Shown in pieces: positions 10,687 to 20,053 of a stretch of 64,000 nucleotides of DNA. The notes under the pieces were generated by a model. That model did not search any database and had not been told where the DNA came from. It worked only from the letters and a program-made list of their open reading frames with translations. Origin of the DNA: Gemmatimonadota bacterium. GTDB taxonomy: Bacteria > Gemmatimonadota > Gemmatimonadetes > Longimicrobiales > Gaopeijiaceae. The translations under genes and the position numbers were made by a program. Numbering within the stretch: position 1 is the stretch's first letter; the number at the start of each line of letters is the position of its first letter. The DNA is taken from NCBI GenBank assembly GCA_034521595.1, contig JAXHMG010000002.1, positions 32,001 to 96,000 of the forward strand, read 5' to 3'.

Positions 10687-11679
10687 CTACAGCAGGACGA
10701 GCACGACGAGCAGGAGCAACATCCCGATCCACGACGCCACCGCGATCTTCCAAGCCTTCGTCGCGCGCTCCGCCTCCCACCACTTCCGGGGGCGCACCTT
10801 CTGCGCCAGGAACGTCACCACGCCCGCGAGGTTCACGCAGGTCACGTTCACGGCCACCAGCAGGAAGGCGCCATACGCGCCCACCAGATGGCCCGAGCCG
10901 AGCAGCAGGCCCGCCACGACCAGAGGGGGCAGGAGCGCCACCGCCACCATCACCCCGATGACCGCGGCCGACAGTCCCTGGGTGAACGCGAGCGTGCCGG
11001 CCGACCCGGCGGCGAGCGCGAGCACGATGTCCCCCAAGCCCACGGCCGTCCGGCCCGCGATCTCCGGGACGGTGGGATCGACCGGCAGCAGCAGCCCCAC
11101 CAGGACCGACAGCGTGAGGGCCGTGGCGACCCCCGCGATGTTCGCCTTGAGCGCGTAGCGGGCCAGGTCGACGTCCCCGAGCGTCGACGCGAGCGAAAGC
11201 GCCACGTTCGGGCCGAGAAGCGGCGCGATGACCATGGCGCCGATCACCACCGCGACGCTCGAGCTCATGAGCCCGACGGCCGCCACCAGGGTGGACAGCG
11301 CCACGGTCGTGAGATAGACGGTCGAGATGCGCGTCGCGTCGCTCAGATCCTGGTGCAGCTCTTCGCGGCTTATGCGCAGCGGGCTTCTCTCTTCCGGAGC
11401 TTCGGACGCTCCGGGAGTGCGCGCTTCTTCCTCCACCGCCGGCAGCGTCGCTTCCACGGGGAACAACATCATGCGGAAGCGCGGATCGCCGGAGAACCGC
11501 GAGGCGAGCTTGTCCGTGAATCCCTCGGTCTGCTCCGCGGTCAGCAACACGCGCACGAGCGATGCGTCCTCATCCACGGGCGAGGTCCAGACTCCCAGAG
11601 CCCCGTCGTCACCGATGCTCTCGGTGAGCGCCTCGAGGGCGTCGCGGGGCACGATCACCTCGATCAGGCGGAGCGACAC
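10687..11679 (-). CDS. TIGR00341/DUF389 family membrane protein
   Basis: MSLRLIEVIVP, RISREEL, VVIGAMVIAPLLGP, GVMVAVALLPPL. Confidence 0.85.
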   Translation of the reverse strand: MSLRLIEVIVPRDALEALTESIGDDGALGVWTSPVDEDASLVRVLLTAEQTEGFTDKLASRFSGDPRFRMMLFPVEATLPAVEEEARTPGASEAPEERSPLRISREELHQDLSDATRISTVYLTTVALSTLVAAVGLMSSSVAVVIGAMVIAPLLGPNVALSLASTLGDVDLARYALKANIAGVATALTLSVLVGLLLPVDPTVPEIAGRTAVGLGDIVLALAAGSAGTLAFTQGLSAAVIGVMVAVALLPPLVVAGLLLGSGHLVGAYGAFLLVAVNVTCVNLAGVVTFLAQKVRPRKWWEAERATKAWKIAVASWIGMLLLLVVLVLL

Positions 11680-11706
11680 GGTGATGTCTCGGTGTGGGGG
11701 CGCGCG

Positions 11707-12360
11707 TCAACCGAGCTCGGCGGCGTCCACGATCGTCACCCCGGCCGCCTCCAGATCACTCCGCACGCGGTCGTCTTCGTCGGGCTGGACCCCTCGTGTC
11801 AGATCCCAGATGAAGAACGTGCTCAAGCCGGCCCCGACCGCGTCCTCCGCGGTCCACTTCGCGCACACGTCACGCGCGAGCCCGCACACGTACACGTCCT
11901 CGACGCCCCGCTCGAGGAGATACCCGGCCAGGCCGGTGGTCGGCCGCTCCCCTTCCGGATTCCAATTGTTGCGGAAGCCCGAGTACGAGTCCGTGCGTGG
12001 ATCGCTCCCCTTCCGGATGATCGCGGATACGCAGGTCCAGTCGATTTCCGGATGGAGCTCCGCGCCGGGCGTGCCCTGGACACAGTGATCGGGCCAGAGC
12101 ACCTGCTCGTGCCCGTGGAGCTGGACGACCTCCATGGGCTCCCGACCCTCGTGGCTGCTCGCGAACGAGACGTGGCCGGCCGGGTGCCAGTCCTGCGTGG
12201 CGACGTACAGGTCGAACAGATCCCGCCGGATCAAGCGGTTGACCGGCTGGAGGATATCGTCGCCGCCCTCGACGGCGAGCGCCCCGCCCGGACAGAAGTC
12301 GGGCTGGATATCGACCAGAAGAAGCGCGGACACGTCGGAACGCACGGTCTTCGAGCTCAT
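11707..12360 (-). CDS. pncA: Nicotinamidase/pyrazinamidase
   Basis: VDIQPDFCPGGALAV, TQDWHP, WPDHCVQG, RKG, CGLARDVC. Confidence 0.93.
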   Translation of the reverse strand: MSSKTVRSDVSALLLVDIQPDFCPGGALAVEGGDDILQPVNRLIRRDLFDLYVATQDWHPAGHVSFASSHEGREPMEVVQLHGHEQVLWPDHCVQGTPGAELHPEIDWTCVSAIIRKGSDPRTDSYSGFRNNWNPEGERPTTGLAGYLLERGVEDVYVCGLARDVCAKWTAEDAVGAGLSTFFIWDLTRGVQPDEDDRVRSDLEAAGVTIVDAAELG

Positions 12361-13790
12361 GAAGTTGTCTCCCGGTCTGTGACCTTTCTCTCGATGTCCT
12401 TCTGAAGCTGCCCCAGCGACTCGCTGACGTCCACCGCGTACGGCGGCGTGGCCGCTTCCAACTTCCGGACGCGCTCGGGAAGGCGGGCGAGCTCCTCGCG
12501 GGCCCGGCTCCTGGCGTCCTCGAGCGACGTCCGGCCGGCTTCGAGCCGCGCCCCGCCCTCCATCACCTTCTCCATGAGCGGCCGACCCGGGAGCGCCTCG
12601 TCCGCCCTGGCGATCACGTCGCGGACGGCGCCTCCCTCTTCCTCGATCCTGAACACCTGCTTCCGGCCCGGCAGAACCGGCTTGCCGGACGAGAGCTTGA
12701 GACGTCCCCGCCCGTCGTACTCCGTGAGCTTGTACGCCATGTCCAGGGAGGGCGCGTCCCGGCTCACGCCCATTCCGGTCCCCACGCCGAATCCGTCGAT
12801 CGGCGCTCCGCCGCGTACGAGCTCCCCGATCGCATGCTCGTCGAGCCCGCCGGAGGCGAAGATCTCGACGTTCCCCAGCCCGGCCGCGTCCAGGATCCCG
12901 CGCGTGGCCTTGGCCAGCTCCGCGAGGTCACCCGAGTCGAGACGCACCCCCCGCACCCGGAACCGGTCGCCGAGCTCCTCGGCCAACCGCACGACGTTCC
13001 GTACCCCGTCGAGGGTCTGGTAGGTGTCGACGAGCAGAATCGTGTCCGGGAACGTGCGCGTGAAGGCCCGGAATGCCGCCATCTCGTCATCGTGCGCCTG
13101 GACGTAGGAATGGGCCATGGTGCCGGTCACCGGTATCCCGTAGGTGCGCCCGGCGAGCACGTTGCTGGTGGCGTCGAGTCCCGCGACGTGAAAGGCGCGC
13201 GCCGACCGGAGGCCGGCGTCGGCTCCGTGCATCCTCCGCAATCCGAAGTCCACGACCTTCCGCTCGCCGGCGGCGTGCCGCACCCGCGACGCCTTCGAAG
13301 CCAACACGGTCTGGAGATGGATCTGGTTCATCACGAAGGTCTCGACGAGCTGGGCCTCGGGGAGCGACCCCCGCACCTCGAGGATCGGCTCGTCCGCGAA
13401 GACGGGCGTCCCTTCCGGAACCGCCCACACGTCGCCCCGGAAGCGCAGATCCATCAACCAGTCGAGGAAGGCCTCGTCGAACGGACCCATCGATTCGAGA
13501 TACGCACGGGCGTCGTCGTCGAAGCGCACCCGCTCGAGATACGCGAGGACGGTTTCCAATCCGCACGCCAACAGGTAGTTGCGGTCCTCGGGCAAGCGGC
13601 GCACGAAGAGGCTGAACACGGCCTGTTCCGCCATGCTCTCTGCGTAGTACGCCCGCAGCATCGTCAGCTCGTACTGGTCGACGAGCAATGCCATGTTGTC
13701 GGCCGAAACCCAGGGCATCGGATCGACGGAGCCCGTCGCGGCCTGACTCTCGCCGCTTCGGGGGTCTCGGATCTCGGTGGCGCGGGTCAC
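12357..13790 (-). CDS. pncB: Nicotinate phosphoribosyltransferase
   Basis: LLVDQYELTM, DFGLRR, GTMAHS, LLVDTY, VRLDSGD, SGGLDE, AYKL. Confidence 0.95.
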   Translation of the reverse strand: MTRATEIRDPRSGESQAATGSVDPMPWVSADNMALLVDQYELTMLRAYYAESMAEQAVFSLFVRRLPEDRNYLLACGLETVLAYLERVRFDDDARAYLESMGPFDEAFLDWLMDLRFRGDVWAVPEGTPVFADEPILEVRGSLPEAQLVETFVMNQIHLQTVLASKASRVRHAAGERKVVDFGLRRMHGADAGLRSARAFHVAGLDATSNVLAGRTYGIPVTGTMAHSYVQAHDDEMAAFRAFTRTFPDTILLVDTYQTLDGVRNVVRLAEELGDRFRVRGVRLDSGDLAELAKATRGILDAAGLGNVEIFASGGLDEHAIGELVRGGAPIDGFGVGTGMGVSRDAPSLDMAYKLTEYDGRGRLKLSSGKPVLPGRKQVFRIEEEGGAVRDVIARADEALPGRPLMEKVMEGGARLEAGRTSLEDARSRAREELARLPERVRKLEAATPPYAVDVSESLGQLQKDIERKVTDRETTS

Positions 13791-14347
13791 TTGGCTCCTC
13801 CGGTGAGCTCCTCGAGCACTCGCGCATGCGTACGGAGCGCTCCCTGATCGTACAGCACGAAACGAATCCGCTTCACCGACGAGAGCTCCGGCGCGAGCGA
13901 CAACACGGTCTCCAGAGCCACGCGCGCCGCTTCCTCCATCGGATACCCGAACGCGCCCGTGGACAACGCGGGAAAAGCCACGGACGCGAATCTTCGTTCC
14001 TCGGCGAGGCGGAGCGCGTTACGGTAGCAGGCCGCGAGGAGCTCGTCCTCGGGCCGGTCCAGACCGTACACGGGGCCCAGACAGTGGATGACCCAGGGGT
14101 TGGGAAGCCGGTGCCCCGAGGTCACCACCGCTTCACCGGGAGCGATGGGCGCCATGGGCCGTCCCTCTTCGGCCAGGCCGGGCCCCGCCGCTCGGTGAAG
14201 GGCTCCGGCGACCCCACCCCCCGTGCGGAGCTCCGCGTTGGCCGCGTTCACGACCGCATCGAAACCGGGTTGCCCGGCGATATCCCCCATGGTGAGCTCG
14301 AGGCTCACGCCCGAAGCATCGTGCCGGATCGTGCCGTCTTCGGTCAT
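13787..14347 (-). CDS. Macro domain protein (O-acetyl-ADP-ribose deacetylase/ADP-ribosylhydrolase, YmdB-like)
   Basis: GDI, DAVVNAAN, GGGVAGALHRAAG, VIHCLGPVY, FPALSTGAFGYP; start at ATG 14347. Confidence 0.9.
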   Translation of the reverse strand: MTEDGTIRHDASGVSLELTMGDIAGQPGFDAVVNAANAELRTGGGVAGALHRAAGPGLAEEGRPMAPIAPGEAVVTSGHRLPNPWVIHCLGPVYGLDRPEDELLAACYRNALRLAEERRFASVAFPALSTGAFGYPMEEAARVALETVLSLAPELSSVKRIRFVLYDQGALRTHARVLEELTGGAK

Positions 14348-14537
14348 CGACGCGCCTCCTCGTTCGAGCCGTGGAATCGCTCGCGTGTCGCAAGGATGAG
14401 AGGGTACCGGAAGGGAACGGAGGTGTTCCAAGCCTGGTCGGCAGGCCGACGTCCATCGATCTTCCGCGCCCTGCCGGGCACACCGGCGGCGCACGCGCTC
14501 ACTCCCGCTCACCTTCTTCACAGGTCTGTCGATCCCG

Positions 14538-15791
14538 ATGGCTCGTCCCTCCCGGCGCTTCCGCGGAGAGCCGCCCCTACTCGCCTACGGCGCGTCGTTC
14601 GCGCTCTTCTCGAGCTTCGGTCAGACCTTCCTCATCTCGCTCTTCGTTCCTTCCTTCGTGAGCACGTTCGATCTCAGTGACGGAGGGTTCGGCGGACTGT
14701 ATTCGGCGGCCACGCTGATCAGTGCCGCGCTCCTTCCCTGGGCGGGACGCCGATTGGACTACGTGCGGCTCAACCGCTTCAGCCTGGCGGTCGTCGCCCT
14801 GATGACGGCCTCGGCCCTCATGCTGGCTCTCGCCCCGAACGCTGCGGTGCTAGGGATCGCTCTCGTCGGGCTCCGGCTCGCGGGACAGGGGCTGTCCGGC
14901 CACACGACCCACACGGTCATGGCCCGGTACGCGGGGGCCCGACGGGGGTGGGCGCTGAGCGTCGCCGGCCTCGGCTTCCCCGCCGGCGAAGCCGTTCTAC
15001 CGTACCTGACCACCGTCGCCCTGCTCGGGCTCGGCTGGCGGGTCACCTGGCTGGTCTTCGCGGCGCTGGCCTTCGTCGTCTTCGCGCCGCTCCTCGTGGC
15101 CGTGCTCCACCGCGCGGAGATCGAGCTCGACCCGAAGAAGCTCGACGAGCACGCGGACGAGGGCCCGTCGCCCGGGAAGCGCGAGTTCGACGCCCGTGCA
15201 GGCGATTGGACCCGGGCGGCCGTCCTCCGGGACCGCCGGTTCTTCCACGCGCTGCCCTCGGCGCTCCTCCCGAGCTTCTGGCTCACCGGCATCTTCCTCT
15301 ACCAGACCCGAATCGCGGAGATGAAGGGCTGGCCGATCACGCTCATGGCCACCGCCTTCGTGGGCTTCGCCGCGAGCCGAATCGCGTTCTCGTTGTTGGC
15401 CGGACGCGTGGTGGACAGGCTCACCGCGCGCCGCGTCTACCCTTTTCTGCTCCTCCCGATGGCCGCCGCCCTCGCGCTCCCCCTGGCGGTCGACGCCCGG
15501 TGGGGCGCCTTCGGGCTGATGATCGGGCTCGGGGTGACGATGGGGATGGGCACGCCGGTCCGGTCGTCGCTCTGGGCCGAGCTCTACGGCGTCCGGCACC
15601 TGGGCGCCATCAAGGCGATGATCACCTCGTTCAGCGTGCTCGCCGCCGCCGGCAGCCCCGTGCTCATCGGGCTCGCCCTGGACGCCGACGTCGCTCTCGA
15701 CCACATCCTGTGGACGGGCGTCGCCACCACGCTCGCGGGATCCGCAGTGGCTTGGGGGCTCATGGTGGATTCGAACGACCCCGCGATATGA
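14538..15791 (+). CDS. MFS transporter
   Basis: About 12 hydrophobic segments, SSFGQTFLISLF, GRRLD and GRVVDRL loops. Confidence 0.88.
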   Translation: MARPSRRFRGEPPLLAYGASFALFSSFGQTFLISLFVPSFVSTFDLSDGGFGGLYSAATLISAALLPWAGRRLDYVRLNRFSLAVVALMTASALMLALAPNAAVLGIALVGLRLAGQGLSGHTTHTVMARYAGARRGWALSVAGLGFPAGEAVLPYLTTVALLGLGWRVTWLVFAALAFVVFAPLLVAVLHRAEIELDPKKLDEHADEGPSPGKREFDARAGDWTRAAVLRDRRFFHALPSALLPSFWLTGIFLYQTRIAEMKGWPITLMATAFVGFAASRIAFSLLAGRVVDRLTARRVYPFLLLPMAAALALPLAVDARWGAFGLMIGLGVTMGMGTPVRSSLWAELYGVRHLGAIKAMITSFSVLAAAGSPVLIGLALDADVALDHILWTGVATTLAGSAVAWGLMVDSNDPAI

Positions 15792-15890
15792 CGACGACTC
15801 GACCTCCACGCGTCGTGTTCCGGCATGGAGGGGCCCGGCGAGACGTGTGAGCCTCCGATGGATCCGAACACCTTCCCCAAGGAGGCCATC

Positions 15891-16085
15891 ATGTTCGCCA
15901 AGTTTTCCCCCGCAGCGCTGCTCGCAGTTGCCACGCTGGTGTTTCTGATCGCACCGGATCGACCGGTGGCGGCATCCGAGTGCGGAGAGCTCCACGGCAT
16001 GCTCTGCGAGTCGGTGGAGGAGTGCACCGGCTTCTGGTTCTGGAAGTCGTGCACCACGTCCAACAGCTATTGGGGGGGGTTGTAG
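15891..16085 (+). CDS. Secreted four-cysteine small peptide 1 (64 aa)
   Basis: AAGGAGG RBS at 15879-15885; signal peptide ending VAA; mature SECGELHGMLCESVEECTGFWFWKSCTTSNSYWGGL; paralog of the next ORF. Confidence 0.85.
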   Translation: MFAKFSPAALLAVATLVFLIAPDRPVAASECGELHGMLCESVEECTGFWFWKSCTTSNSYWGGL

Positions 16086-16115
16086 ACGGACCGCCCCTAC
16101 ATCGACCGGAGCGCT

Positions 16116-16150
16116 CGAGGGGCCGGGGCCGGCGTGGCTCCGGCCCCTCG
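16116..16150 (+). terminator. GC-rich stem-loop after peptide 1 (terminator or mRNA stabiliser)
   Basis: CGAGGGGCCGGGGCC-GGCGT-GGCTCCGGCCCCTCG, 15-bp stem with one G-U; no U-tract. Confidence 0.5.
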
Positions 16151-16283
16151 TCACGTGCTCGCCACGCGCCGCCCGAACCCGTCCCATTCCGACATGGGTC
16201 AGCCCTCGGCAAGGCACGAGGCTACATGACCGGCTGGTGGGCCGGACGCCGTCACGGGACATCCCCAACTCACGGAGGTAGCC

Positions 16284-16478
16284 ATGTTCAAGATGCTCTC
16301 ACTCCCCACTCTGCTCCTGGCTGGAGCACTCGCTGTCGTATCCGCTCCGGGCACCGAGGTCGCCGCTTCCGAGTGCGGCGCCGACGGCCGCGAAAAATGC
16401 TGGGAGAACGAATCGTGCATTTACCTCCTCTTCTACAGTCAGTGCACGACGAAGACGAAGTACTGGGCAGGACTCTGA
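16284..16478 (+). CDS. Secreted four-cysteine small peptide 2 (64 aa)
   Basis: GGAGG RBS; signal peptide ending VAA; mature SECGADGREKCWENESCIYLLFYSQCTTKTKYWAGL. Confidence 0.85.
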   Translation: MFKMLSLPTLLLAGALAVVSAPGTEVAASECGADGREKCWENESCIYLLFYSQCTTKTKYWAGL

Positions 16479-16613
16479 CCCCGTACTGATCCGACGGCGG
16501 TGAGCACCACGCTCACCCGTCATGATGTTCGCGCCCGCGACGGTCCGGCCCACTACGTCGCTACCACGGCTCACGGACACGTCCGGGCCTCGGCCCGGGC
16601 ACGGAGGAAACAG

Positions 16614-17132
16614 ATGCATCCCTTTTCATACTCGACGATCACCCTGGCAATGGCCGGCATCCTCTTGGGTGTGGCTGGGTGGCGCTGGCACGAAGCCGCG
16701 GTCGTGAGACCCGACCACTTCCCCGGCGTCGACCCTCCTGCCGCCATCCTCGTCGTTCAGGAACGCGATTGTCCCGACCGACGCGCGGCCATGGCGGTGT
16801 GGCTGGACGACCTGCACGCGTCCGACGCCGGCGCGTCCCTCCCCGTCTACCTCGGGGTGCTGGGCGACGACCCCGGCCTCCTCGACCCACGAACGGACGA
16901 GCTACCCCGGCTGCCCAGCGCCGAAGCGTCGACCGCGGCGCGCGCCCTGCTTCGCGCGGGACTCTCGGGCACGCCGGCGCTCATCGTCCTCGACTCGGAA
17001 GGCCACGTCCTCCTGGCGGACACCTTCGCAACCACCGGACCCGGCGCCAGGTTGGCGCTCGCAGCCGATCTACTACCGGCGGTTCGTCCTTTCACGGGCC
17101 CCGCCGACGTCCTTCAGCCCGATGGAGGGTGA
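16614..17132 (+). CDS. Membrane-anchored thioredoxin-fold protein with degenerate CxxC (CPDR)
   Basis: GGAGG RBS; N-terminal TM; ILVVQERDCPDR and GTPALIVLDSEGHV (cis-Pro region). Confidence 0.62.
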   Translation: MHPFSYSTITLAMAGILLGVAGWRWHEAAVVRPDHFPGVDPPAAILVVQERDCPDRRAAMAVWLDDLHASDAGASLPVYLGVLGDDPGLLDPRTDELPRLPSAEASTAARALLRAGLSGTPALIVLDSEGHVLLADTFATTGPGARLALAADLLPAVRPFTGPADVLQPDGG

Positions 17133-17135
17133 CCC

Positions 17136-18590
17136 ATGGAACAGCTCCCGTTGCTGCTGAACATCGTCGGCGTGGGCCTCTGGCTCGGTTTCACGGTGGA
17201 TTTCCTGCGGCGCCCTCCACTCCAACCCCGGTCGTGGGGTCGGAACGTGAGGCGCGGTGCGTGGGTGGGGCTCGCCATGCTCTTTTTGGCTGCCGGGGGG
17301 TGGGGTCCCGAGATGTCGCATTCGACGACGAGCGACTTTTCCCGCGACCCCGACGTGGGAACCCCGGTTGAGACGACGAGCAGCTTGCTCCGCACCCCGT
17401 TCGCGATCTACGAAAGCACCGCGGTGATGGACAGAGAGGGACGCACGATCCGTCAGGATCGCATGGTCACCAGGCAGCTCCCGTTGGCTCTGCTGATCTT
17501 CCTCGCGGGTGCGTTCTGGCTCCGGCGTCGCCGCGAGCTCTCGGAGAAACGGAGTCCCACGAGCAGAGGGGCGACGGATGCTCTGGCCTTGGTGGGAATC
17601 CTGTCCGCCACGCTCACCGGCGCCGGATGCGGCGACCCCGCGCCCTGGGACGGGGACCGTCCGGAACGCAAGATCGTGGACGTGACGTGGGATACGCTGG
17701 CTCACGTACGTTCCGGAGTGAACGACTCGCTGCTGTTCTCGGCGAGCGGCGTGGCCGCGGACGAGGAGGGGTTCTGGGTGGGCGACCTGTACGGCGACCG
17801 CGTGGCTCGCTTCGACTGGGAAGGACGGCTGCTGCGGTACGTAGGCGACTCCGGCCGGGGACCGGGCGAGATTGGACGCGTCCACGAGATCGACGTGGAC
17901 GGCGAGGGCGTGCTCTGGATCCTGGACCCCGAGAACACCCGGATCACGGGCTTCGATCAGAGCGGCGCCCTCGTCGACGAAGTGCCGTTTCGGGGTTTGG
18001 ATGCCTCCCCCGGATCGTTCGCGGTGAGTCGCGATGGGAGAACATTCATGTCCATGCTCCCTTCCGACCGGCTCGAGCCGATCCTTATCCACCGTGACGG
18101 GCGCATCGAACGGGGCACGCAGATCCCCGTGCCCGATGCGAACGGCGCATTCGGCCTGGCCCTGCAAGGTCGGGTCGCCCGCCACGACCACGGCTGGCTG
18201 TTCGCGTTCACCTCCGGAGACGGCATCTTCCGCATGCGCGGCCTCGAGACCGTCGGGCCGCGGCTCCGGTACCCGGAGGCCATCCCGTTCCCGGGCATCA
18301 CCCGATCCGTGCAGCGGGACGGACGTCGCACCTCGACGACGACCCGGCTCGCGGAGCGCAATCCGGCCGCGGCCGCCATCTCCACCCGAGGGTCGGAGCT
18401 GCTCGTCGTCTTTCACGGGGAAAGCCCGAACGCCGGACGCCTCCTCGACCGCTACGACCTCGAGCGGGGCCGTTACCTCGACACGGTCCTCCTACCCGTG
18501 TCGGGATACGTCGCTGCATGGGACGACCGGCTCGTCGTGGCCCGGACCAACCCACGACCCGAGCTCCTCGTTCTCCGACAGGTCGAGTGA
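17136..18590 (+). CDS. 6-bladed (NHL-like) beta-propeller with N-terminal multi-TM domain and internal lipobox
   Basis: Three N-terminal hydrophobic helices, LTGAGC at Cys165, blades VAADEEGFWVGD, GDSGRGPGEI, LWILDPENTRITGFD. Confidence 0.75.
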   Translation: MEQLPLLLNIVGVGLWLGFTVDFLRRPPLQPRSWGRNVRRGAWVGLAMLFLAAGGWGPEMSHSTTSDFSRDPDVGTPVETTSSLLRTPFAIYESTAVMDREGRTIRQDRMVTRQLPLALLIFLAGAFWLRRRRELSEKRSPTSRGATDALALVGILSATLTGAGCGDPAPWDGDRPERKIVDVTWDTLAHVRSGVNDSLLFSASGVAADEEGFWVGDLYGDRVARFDWEGRLLRYVGDSGRGPGEIGRVHEIDVDGEGVLWILDPENTRITGFDQSGALVDEVPFRGLDASPGSFAVSRDGRTFMSMLPSDRLEPILIHRDGRIERGTQIPVPDANGAFGLALQGRVARHDHGWLFAFTSGDGIFRMRGLETVGPRLRYPEAIPFPGITRSVQRDGRRTSTTTRLAERNPAAAAISTRGSELLVVFHGESPNAGRLLDRYDLERGRYLDTVLLPVSGYVAAWDDRLVVARTNPRPELLVLRQVE

Positions 18591-18607
18591 CGTGCTAGCA
18601 GCCCGCG

Positions 18608-20020
18608 CTACGGCACGAGCTCGCGGATGATTCCGTCGTGCTTGTTCAACAGGAAAAGACGGTCGTCCGGACCCGTGCCGAAACGGAGGTCGGTCCGCTC
18701 GGGTGCCGGAGCGCCGACGGCCGCTGCGCGATCCTGCATGACTTCCAGGAAGGTCTTGGCCGCACCGCCGTCTTCGAGGAGCACCCGTCGGATCGCCGCC
18801 TGCCCCCCCTCCGGCAGCACGTCCGCCGAGATATGGAAGATCTCTCCGCTCACCATCTCTCCGAACAGGATACGATCCTGCAGCTGCGGGATCCTGTCAT
18901 TACGTGGCACGACCACGCCCGTGATGGCGACCCTGGACTGAAACAGGGGGTCGGCCTGATCGAACTCCGCGATGGGAAAGGTGACGTCCGGGTCCGACCG
19001 CGGAGACATGCGGTCGACACCCGACCGGCTCACGAAGCGGAAGCTTCCCTCCCAGGTGTTCCATCCCAGGTCGGCGCCGGCGGTCACACGGCTGAGCTCC
19101 TCGACGGCGTTCTGTCCGATGTCGGCGACGAACAGGCTCCCGTTGGCCGGGTCCCACCCGAAGCGCTGAGGGTTGCGGAAGCCCGACGCGTAGACTTCGG
19201 GCAGCGCCCCGTCTCCTTCGCTCACGAACGGATTGTGCTCGGGCACGCCGTACTCGCCCGTGGAGCCGTCGGTCCCCTGCGGATCGATCCGCAGGATCTT
19301 CCCGAACGGGGAGCCGAGGTCCTGGGCGAGATCGAGCGGGTCGCCCCCGCTCCCCCCGTCCGCCACCCCGACGTACAACATCCCGAAGTCGGGGTCATCC
19401 GGCTCGGCCAACGGGTTGAAGGCGATGTGTCCGGCGTTGTGGTTGCCGAAGGGTTGCTCCAAGCGGAGCAGCTCCCTGGGCTCCTCCCCGTCATACGTGT
19501 CCGCGTCGGGAGAGGTCGCGGTCCATTCGAGGAGCACCGTATGATGACTCGCCTCCCCACTCCCGGCCGTGAAGTGGGGCTCGGGAGACATGTCGTCGGT
19601 GTCCAGCCAAGTGTAGAGCTTCCCGTATCCGGGTGTCCCGGGCTCGTTGAACTGCGGATGCAACGCGAAGCTCTGAAAGCCACGCTCTCGCCCCGACGCG
19701 TCGACGGGCACGCCCCAATCCGCGTGGTCCACGTCGAGGTACCGTGCCACGTCGCCGTCGTACCCGACGGTGTACAGCGGGCCCCACATATCGTTGACGA
19801 ACATGCGCTCCGTACCCGGCTCGTCCACGAGAAGCATCGGCCGCGCGGGTGCTCCGTCGATTTCCGGGAGGGAAGCGAACTCTTCGTACGCCACGACCGC
19901 GACGTCTTCCGTGGCTTCGATGGGCTCGGTGAACGGGTCGTCGGTCGCGCTGGTGCAACCGAGACTCACGACGGTCAGGGCGACAGTGACCTGTCGGGCC
20001 CATCGGACACGGTGACTCAT
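18608..20020 (-). CDS. PQQ-dependent sugar dehydrogenase family (GSDH) lipoprotein
   Basis: Lipobox SLGC; ERGFQSFALHPQF, NHNAGHIAF, GKILRIDP, SGFRNPQRFGWD, ADIGQNAVEE; alternative start 20041. Confidence 0.85.
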   Translation of the reverse strand: MSHRVRWARQVTVALTVVSLGCTSATDDPFTEPIEATEDVAVVAYEEFASLPEIDGAPARPMLLVDEPGTERMFVNDMWGPLYTVGYDGDVARYLDVDHADWGVPVDASGRERGFQSFALHPQFNEPGTPGYGKLYTWLDTDDMSPEPHFTAGSGEASHHTVLLEWTATSPDADTYDGEEPRELLRLEQPFGNHNAGHIAFNPLAEPDDPDFGMLYVGVADGGSGGDPLDLAQDLGSPFGKILRIDPQGTDGSTGEYGVPEHNPFVSEGDGALPEVYASGFRNPQRFGWDPANGSLFVADIGQNAVEELSRVTAGADLGWNTWEGSFRFVSRSGVDRMSPRSDPDVTFPIAEFDQADPLFQSRVAITGVVVPRNDRIPQLQDRILFGEMVSGEIFHISADVLPEGGQAAIRRVLLEDGGAAKTFLEVMQDRAAAVGAPAPERTDLRFGTGPDDRLFLLNKHDGIIRELVP

Positions 20021-20053
20021 GGGGACGGCGTCTCCTTTCATGTCAGGTTCATC

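Noticed and set aside
14348-14537. NrtR operator upstream of the NAD salvage operon
   Set aside because: No convincing palindrome found by eye
15891-16478. Peptides as lanthipeptide, sactipeptide or ranthipeptide precursors
   Set aside because: Sec-type signal rather than a leader, and no LanB/C/M, radical SAM, YcaO or peptidase-ABC exporter nearby
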